A stretch of DNA of 64,000 nt from Schizochytrium sp. TIO01 (taxonomy: Eukaryota > Protista > Bigyra: Labyrinthulomycetes): positions 682,001-746,000 of the forward strand of contig SMSO01000004.1 of assembly GCA_004764695.1 (NCBI GenBank), read 5' to 3'. The notes beneath the pieces were generated by a model. The model saw nothing but the letters and a program-made list of their open reading frames with translations, was not told the origin of the DNA and searched no databases. Position 1 is the stretch's first letter, and the number at the start of each line of letters is the position of its first letter. The translations under genes and the position numbers were made by a program. Positions 56,297 to 64,000 of the stretch are shown here, piece after piece.

Positions 56297-59200
56297 TTTT
56301 CGTATTTTAGATGGTGCAAATCTTCACAAACTTCAAAAAGAGTGAAAGCTCTTAGGAAAGCTGACCACACAGCGTTACCCTTGCGGGGAGCCGCTGCTCT
56401 TTTGCAGATGCTTTCTCTTAAACCCCTTGCAAGCACGCCGCCCACGCGCGCGTTGGTTCGTGTTTCTGTCTGTAGATGAATCCTACCTAAGCAAACAAAT
56501 AATCGACCAAGTAGTGAATCACTTTCTCCCTCAGTACGCAACTATTGAAAAGTAATCGAGCATGCAAGTGACTCTAAAGACAAAGCCTTTAAGTATGCTG
56601 ATTTGTTTTCTTCTTCAATTCAAAGGTGCGTGCTCGTGGTTCTGTATGCATTTTCTCAGAACAGCCTTGACATGAGATCCCCGATCAACGGATATATAGT
56701 AACAATCGAATTTCTTTTTTTTCTTTTTCAATTAAAAACAGGTCTAAAACCGTCACCACTCCTCACCAGGTCCACTTAAAAAGACCTATTTCGCAACAGC
56801 AAGCAGCCTTGACGACATCTTCTCCTCCTCCCAAACTCATGTGCAAGAAATGGCATATATCATTGTTTTAGCGTGAGCTTTTACCCAACTTGCTGAAAAG
56901 ATTTCAACTCGTTGGCTCTGACTAGTGAGAGGAAGAGACGAAGTAAGTTACCATTAATAAAGGCAGCTAGTGCCTTCGCGAACTCCAGCTCTCTCAGCAC
57001 TTGAAGAAGGCATCCTGGGCCAGAACTATGACAGGGGCGTTCTTGACCACCTACTACGTACCATGGCCAGTAGTAGGTAGGTAGCGAACGTTTCTGCTGG
57101 CTGCATAAACTTCTCTAGCCTACTTAAGAATCTCTTCCTCCAAGGCCTTCGGTACAAATGTATTTTGGTTTCAGGTCTAACTTGTTCAACTTGAAGGCAT
57201 CTGCGGCTTCAGCGATCTGCTTCATTTTGGAGGCGGAGAAATTCCGTCGGCTAGCACTCTCGCTCGTCAGCCAGAGGTACTGCGATACAATCTTTTTTAA
57301 TTAAAAATTAACTAACTTGGGTAAAAAAACTCCTCAAGCCAAAACATCGATCAGTATTGGTCGGCTACTAACCATTGCCCATATGTGTTGGTAAGAGCGA
57401 TGATGTTAATTTGCCAATGATAGTGATTATGGTGTCGTGTGATCGAGCATCAATGATTATGAGCTCAGCGAAATGGGAACTTTGGCCGCGAGGAGGTTCC
57501 ATTTACAACAAAGGGTTGGAGTCGTCAGTGCGGCTTTCTGAAAGAAACCCTCCATCATGGAAACTAGCGAAGAGTATCACCACCAACTCGAACGGCCGAT
57601 GGAGGAAACTCATGCATCCATATCGTTGACGTCGGCAATCACGAAGCCTATGGCGAATCTGAATACATGGATCAAAACCCTTGAAATAATCTACAATTAC
57701 TCGAGTGCTTGCCTACCTAGGCCTGGTAGGTACTTCGTAGAGTAGATAGACCAAAACCTCATTACCAACCTTAGCATCGTTGGCGCACACCCCCCTTAAA
57801 AGGTCAAGTTGGCAGGCTGATTTCCATGTTAGGTAACTTTTGCACGCCCTGATTTATGTATGATTCATCATCGTCGAGGAAGGACAATCAACCACCTCGC
57901 GCTTGACAACGACTGACTGACATTCACTGACATTCATTCATTCAGACGGCCACGTTATTGGCATCGGCTCAGCAAGCCTTTCTGCGTGAGAGACTTCAAG
58001 ATCGTAGTATTCGGGCTCGTGTAAAAGGGCACACGGCGTGAATGAAGGCGACAACATCCAGGCAGGCTAATTTCATCAATTAAATCAACTAAACCACACA
58101 CACACAAAGAGCTCGCCTGCCGGTCCCGTGTCACGACAAGAAGCTCGAAGCTTTGGTCCTGGCACGAGTGAGTCATCGAACGAGCGAGCGAGCGAGCAAG
58201 CCAACAAACCAGCTTGAACCTAAAGCTTGAACGGCGAGTGAGCGCGTGTGTACCAACTCACCAGGAGCGCCACGTGCGACCATGCGCCGTTCTTACCCTC
58301 TGGCACAGACACTGTGCCACAACACTGTCCGTGCAAAGGCTTTATAACTCTGGCAAGCTATAGCTAACCAGATAGGTGCATTTGACTGGCAAAACTCTGC
58401 GTTGCCGATCGCGAGACGCTCCGATTAAAGGAGAGCAATCAATACCTAGGTTCATAATACATGATTCAGTATGAAGATTGTAAATGCAGGCAGCTGGGCA
58501 AGCGAGCATACTGTTCTGCAGCGGAGAGAATAGGAATAGTTCGTGCATGATGCACGAACTATTCAACTTGGTCCTTCCCGAAATTCATTCGAGCAGAATT
58601 TTAATCTGAAGGTTCTTTTATCGCCTTCCTCCCTCGAGAAAATTGCAAGGAGCCTTGGCGATAACGAGCTAACCGAAGTAGCGATGGGGCTTCTGATTCT
58701 GCGGAGCTCATATTGCACATCCACAGCGAATGTGATCATCTTGATGTCATTCGTCAGCAAGCTTTAACACAGACGCTACGATATGGCAATTCTTCTCGTG
58801 CAAACCTTGAGACAACAGTTTGACAAATTCGTATTCGCTACGTCCCCAGATCCCAAACACGCAGGTAGGTGGCGTTTTGAGCTCAAGTTATTGTCAAAAA
58901 AAGTATTGCGCCACCACACCTCCTACCTCGGTACACACTCTCCCAATCAAAGTGCATCCTGACTGACGCGAGGAGCTTTGACAGAGGCACGTACGACTAG
59001 CTACCCGACCATCCATCTCAATGGATCGTTTCATAAGCTGATCGAAACGATTCTCTCTGCGTAGGTTCTCCGTTGTACGTACGTACATCGATTGGCGAAG
59101 AGGAACCTGCTCAGTCGTTCGTAAGAGAATGAATAATCAGTCTGCATTAGAGCTCAGGTTCAGAAAGCAAGCTTTCTCCAGCGATCTTCACGTGGCAGGG

Positions 59201-59942
59201 TCGTGAGCCACGGGCCGTGGACTGCAGAGCAAACCGTGATGGGCTGTAGCAAACTCGGCAGCTTTCATTGCCAGGGTTTCTTTCGGCAGGTACCTTGGCA
59301 GACCCTGTTCATACAAACCAGCTGTTGCTCGACAACTGACAGATGTTTCGGGTGTGTCTTTTGTATGGATTAAAAACAGGTCCTTCAGGCATCTGGGCAC
59401 GAGGTCAGTTCCAGCGTCAGGCCTTGCAGCCTTTGTCACAACCCCGTTCAAGTTTATGGGAACCTTGTCAATCATCCATCGCCCGCTGCTCCAAAATCCT
59501 GCTGCGTGGATGGCCAGCCCATGCCGACGCCGCTCAAACGAATGCCAAGGCTCTCTCTGAGCACGATTCTGCTCAAACTGCTGCTGGAATGAATGCAAAT
59601 GTCATCCCCATGCAATCACTCACTCCTTCATTCATCTGCGGTTTGCGTTCATGATTTATTGACGGTGAGTGAGGCCATTACATTCGTTCAAGAGTAACTC
59701 GTTCATGGTCTACCTCATCCTCCCTTTGGAAACCCACGGGACCGACGCAACAACTCTGAGACAGAAGAGCTAGCTCGCAGGCCGATCAACAGGCGAGCTG
59801 CTGGATAAACTCGAAGTTAAGCTCGATCAGAGTGCCAGCTTGAGCGGCGGCTTTCAGGTTGAGCCGAGTCTCGCACTGCATCTGCAGACGCGGGGTTCTC
59901 CCGCAATCCAGAGCCTAATCAATCTCTTCTGCGGAGCCACAG

Positions 59943-60050
59943 AACAAATAAACAAACAAATAAACAAACAAACAAATAAATAAACAAACAAACAAACAAA
60001 CAAACAAACAAACAAACAAACAAACAAACAAACAAACAAACAAACAAACA
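59943..60050. repeat. (AAAC)n microsatellite
   Basis: More than 20 AAAC/AAAT units. Confidence 0.95.
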
Positions 60051-61031
60051 AGCAAATAGATTTTCAGATAAATTGTAAGCAGACAAATTATCTGAAAACG
60101 ATTTATGAGCCAATCAAGCAACTACAGCTGTGACAAACGGGAACTACAGATACCTACCAACCTGCTGCCTCCAACAGGTACGAGAGAGAGATAAATGAAA
60201 TGCCATGCCTGCGTATGCGTAGGTAAAGAAGAACAAAAACCCGTGAAACACTCAGTTTGGGCTTCTAATCCCCTCGTTCTTTGGACTGAATTAGATCCTT
60301 CCGTATCTCCAAAGTGTACTATCCACGTACCTAGAGAGTTGTAACACAGATCAACAGCCACTTCTGAATAATAAGGCTCTTTCGCAGCGATTCTTAATAC
60401 GCTTCGACAGTCAGAGTTCGGAAGCAAAGCATATGTATATATATTATTTTTCAGTTTTTCATTTTGTTAATTTTTTTTTTTAAGAATAAAAGAGTGAAAT
60501 TCAATTAAAGCGGGTGCCTATAGCGGTTGATAGGGAAAAGCTAGGACCCTGGAACCCTCGGGAACACGAAGCCACAAGTGCAAAATAGAAATGTTACACT
60601 CTTGAGAGTTGAGAGAGGCCTATGGTTCTCTCTAATTGTGCTCAGGCGTATGACAGTGAGAAAGACCGATTGCAAAGGAGGATAAGCCATAGGTACGAAG
60701 TGCTTTCCCGTTTAAAGTTTGGCTTTGATGATCAGCAAATGGGGAAAAAGTCGGAGCAGGAGAATAAAAAACCAATAAAACTATAGAGAGTTCAGAAAAA
60801 TGTTATTCAAGGTGAAAATAACTAAAATAGAAAAGAAAGTGAGTTTAGAAGACCAAAAGTTCGATACATAAATAAATAATACCTCGTGCAGCAGCAAACC
60901 CAAATTAGTGATCACAGCTGCTTCACGCTCGAGGGTAGCCCATCGTTGCTCGCGAGCTTCGAAGCTTACGTGGTGCATTCGCTTAGCGTCTCCTTAATCG
61001 AGGTCGCAATTGTCGATAGTCAGGCTCGTAG

Positions 61032-61430
61032 ATGATGGGCGACCAGCGCTATTACAATAACAATGGGCAGATGCCCACGGCGTACGCCCAGCCCGTGCAG
61101 GCTCAGCCGTACTATCAGCAGCAGCAGCAGTACAACGCACAACCCGTGTACAACGCACAACCACCTCCGGGTCCCGGTTACGGCCCCCCGCCTCCTCACC
61201 ACGGCTACGGAGGTCCTGGTTATGGTGGAGGCCCTGGTTATGGTGGAGGCCCTGGTTATGGCGGAGGTCCTGGTTACGGACCTCCGCCACAGCAGTTCAA
61301 TAGGTATGGCGGCCAGGACCAGTACTGGCGCGAGCAGGAGCGCAAGCGTCAGCAAGAAGACGCAGCCCAGGATGCCTGCTGCTGTCTCGCACTCACCACG
61401 CTCTGCTGTGCCTGCTGCATGTTTGACTAA
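61032..61430 (+). CDS. CYSTM-type protein (Pro/Gln/Gly/Tyr-rich N-terminus, Cys-rich C-terminal membrane module)
   Basis: PPPGPGYGPPPP, GGPGYG x4, C-terminal DACCCLALTTLCCACCMFD. Confidence 0.8.
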   Translation: MMGDQRYYNNNGQMPTAYAQPVQAQPYYQQQQQYNAQPVYNAQPPPGPGYGPPPPHHGYGGPGYGGGPGYGGGPGYGGGPGYGPPPQQFNRYGGQDQYWREQERKRQQEDAAQDACCCLALTTLCCACCMFD

Positions 61431-62486
61431 ATGCTAGCTTGCCGCAACTCATTGCTCTGAGATCCACATGTTCACTTCAATCGGCATTCTCAAATGCAGT
61501 TTGCTGACCGCACCATTTCATTGCCATACAGAAAATGGCGCATTGAAATCCTTCGAAGGGACCTGTGTTTTGATAAATTTGTAAGCTCCACCTGGCCAAG
61601 CCAATTCAGGATGCTGATACTGGCGGACCGGGATGGATACCTGTGTAGATGGAAAAACATTGTGAAAGCAGTCTGGCTAGGCAAAACTTGTGGAAATTTA
61701 AGCACTTGGATTAGAATAGCGTTCTAATCAGTTACCTCTAAGCTGTTTTTGCATTGCCCCATCACTGCCGATAAATGATGCCGCCATCCATTGAATCAAT
61801 CTCATATCATTTAAAGTGAATTTTGGCTGCACCCTCCTTGCTCAATTAACGTCTGTAGTAGTAAAACCTACGCTCGGATGGCTGGCAGCCCGCCCCTACG
61901 TTTACCTTATTGTTATTAGTGCGTGTTTCGACGCGTGTAAAGAACCCGTAGTAGACCACATTTTAATAAACTAAATGAACTTGTTCACCTATGCATTTTC
62001 GAAGTGTTTAGAAGTCCGAATCTTGTTGCGACATTCGCTGCCCCTCCAGCAGAACGACCTTGCATCTATTTACTATATTGTTGAAAGATTAATTGAAGAG
62101 CAAAAATCCAAGTCCAAATATCTTGCACTAGATAAACATCGTCTGTTCAGAACTGAAAATGATTAGTCGAGGTATTGATAAATATAGGTCTAGGTGGATG
62201 CCCTGTTCTTGTTTAGAGCAAGGGGGAAATGTTAAAGAAACATAAAATCAAGACCCATTTTTTCCCTAAATTTCTCCGTAAAAGCGATATGGGTGTACCT
62301 CTGTGCATATCAAGTTTATGTGTTTAGCATGTTACAATGTTATGCTTACATTCTTGATTTACTTTAAAAAGATTCTATCAATTCTTAATCACAGACATAA
62401 AATAAAGACTTGACGACCAAACTTGGTGCTTCTTTCCTCCAAATAAATGAACAGACTGTACCGTGTCATTCGTACTCACTTACTCT

Positions 62487-63656
62487 CTACATTTCCTGCT
62501 GAACACTCGTAGATGAGGAGCTCATTGAGGTGAAAATTACCACAAAGACACCAATACTAAAAAACAAGATTGCGACAACCAAACAAATAGCTTGCTCTGA
62601 CATTCGACGCGCATAATGACTGGCGAGGAGCAACGCAATGATGTCGCAGGGAAGGGATATCGCAACAAGATGAGAGATTTCACTCACATCAACAGCTTTG
62701 TTTGCCAAGAACGAAAGAATCAAACTGAAGGTCATACATCCGCTGATGAAGGAGCTAGCGCATGTGGCAGCCAGGGTGCTCCACTCAAAAACCATGATGT
62801 AGTAAATAGCGAAGGCATTCCCGCCACCAAATCCGATCATACCAGACAAGCTACCAAGGAACGCAATATACAACATAGTAAAGCACGCGCGAGGATCAAC
62901 AAAGCTTTCGCCCATGATACGCTTAACTTTACGAAAACAGTGTTGCATATAGCTTGCCTCTTCATCAAGTTCCTCGCTCAACAAACCGTTAAAACTGTTG
63001 TTCTCCTCATCTTGAATGTAGCTCCGGTGACGCTGGTCAAGGATACCGTTATTTACTGATTGCCTTTCTGTCTCAAGGTCGCTGAGGACACTGGTACGGC
63101 GTGGACGAGAAGCTCCAAAGCGATCGGCTTCATATCTGTCAGCAGTCTCTATATCTGCGCCGGAGCCTTCAATAACCACATCAGCAATGAAGGTCTCATT
63201 ACCCAGCGTACGACCAACTCGGTCGTCTTCATCATCTTCTAGAGAGTCCCCGTTTGCTGACCCGACGCTATCAGATTCGACAAGTTCAACAGCTTCTTCA
63301 CGGTATAAGAGGGCACTGCCAAGATCCATGGACGATGTACTATTTCGATCTCTGTTGCCCGCACGTCGGTGCCGCACAAACCGCACGAGGAAGCCAAAAC
63401 CCATGAAAAAGTCAATGACTGCAACGCCTCCTTTAAGCTTGCCTTCGTTAGACCGCAAAAGGCTTATGCCAAAGGTTGATGACACGATCACTGCTGCAAG
63501 AACTGCAACGAAGGCACCCGACAGCATCGGCGCAACCATTTCTAAATTGAGTTTATGTCGATATCGCACGCATACGAGTGAGCCATTTACACAATCAACA
63601 ATAAAACAAAGAAAAAGTGCATCCAGCGCGCGCAAACCAAAGCCCGTTACCAAAAT
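62487..63656 (-). CDS. TauE/SafE (sulfite exporter-like) multi-pass membrane protein, 3' portion; 5' end unresolved
   Basis: Two groups of TM helices around an acidic loop, and GSLSGMIGFGGG motif. The ORF has no ATG at its 5' end and is preceded by TGTTAG (63662-63657), a likely splice acceptor. Confidence 0.65.
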   Translation of the reverse strand: MLVTGFGLRALDALFLCFIVDCVNGSLVCVRYRHKLNLEMVAPMLSGAFVAVLAAVIVSSTFGISLLRSNEGKLKGGVAVIDFFMGFGFLVRFVRHRRAGNRDRNSTSSMDLGSALLYREEAVELVESDSVGSANGDSLEDDEDDRVGRTLGNETFIADVVIEGSGADIETADRYEADRFGASRPRRTSVLSDLETERQSVNNGILDQRHRSYIQDEENNSFNGLLSEELDEEASYMQHCFRKVKRIMGESFVDPRACFTMLYIAFLGSLSGMIGFGGGNAFAIYYIMVFEWSTLAATCASSFISGCMTFSLILSFLANKAVDVSEISHLVAISLPCDIIALLLASHYARRMSEQAICLVVAILFFSIGVFVVIFTSMSSSSTSVQQEM

Positions 63657-64000
63657 CTAACACAGTGATCGCCCAAGAATTCAAGTACCAGTACAACAAA
63701 TCATCCCATTACAATACCAATTAAACATATCCCACGTTAGTTTATAATCCTTCTTGAGAACCATACCCCTAAGATTCACTTTACAGCGTATTTGTATTCA
63801 TATATATTGCAATCCGAACCAGAACATCTGTGCATGGTGTGACTTCGCTTTCCTCTGAAGTTCTCACGAATGCATAAATTTGTGCAAAAGCTAATCATCA
63901 AGAAGAACTAGATCATGTAAGTTCAAAGGCGGCTGCCTGAAGGTTCTTGAAGTTCGCAAAGCCCTATAATTGTACAACGAGCTGAGCCTAGTTCCTTTAA

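Noticed and set aside
57300-59900. Scattered short ORFs suggesting a decayed gene or transposon
   Set aside because: No recognisable domain or terminal repeats.

Overview
Eukaryotic, intron-poor genomic DNA with microsatellite-rich spacers. A flagellar RIB43A gene, Sec63, copines and one GTAAGT..TACTAAC..CAG intron point to a flagellated protist; a stramenopile such as a thraustochytrid is a plausible inference, not shown. Genes in order: a class C-like 7TM receptor with a Pro/Thr stalk and C-terminal WW-like domain; a single-chain BC-BCCP-CT acyl-CoA carboxylase; an orphan nuclear-type protein; SEC63; 3-hydroxyisobutyrate dehydrogenase; and two tandem copines. An accessory block follows (decayed ORF, frameshifted subtilisin-PA protease, PD-(D/E)xK nuclease plus pseudokinase, methyltransferase pseudogene cut off by a palindrome array). 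Then come four diverged Aurora kinase genes within 10.7 kb around a tRNA-Cys, RIB43A, a CYSTM protein and the 3' part of a TauE-like membrane protein. The four-Aurora cluster is the best candidate for an undescribed system. All family calls come from motif recognition by eye; no searches were run.
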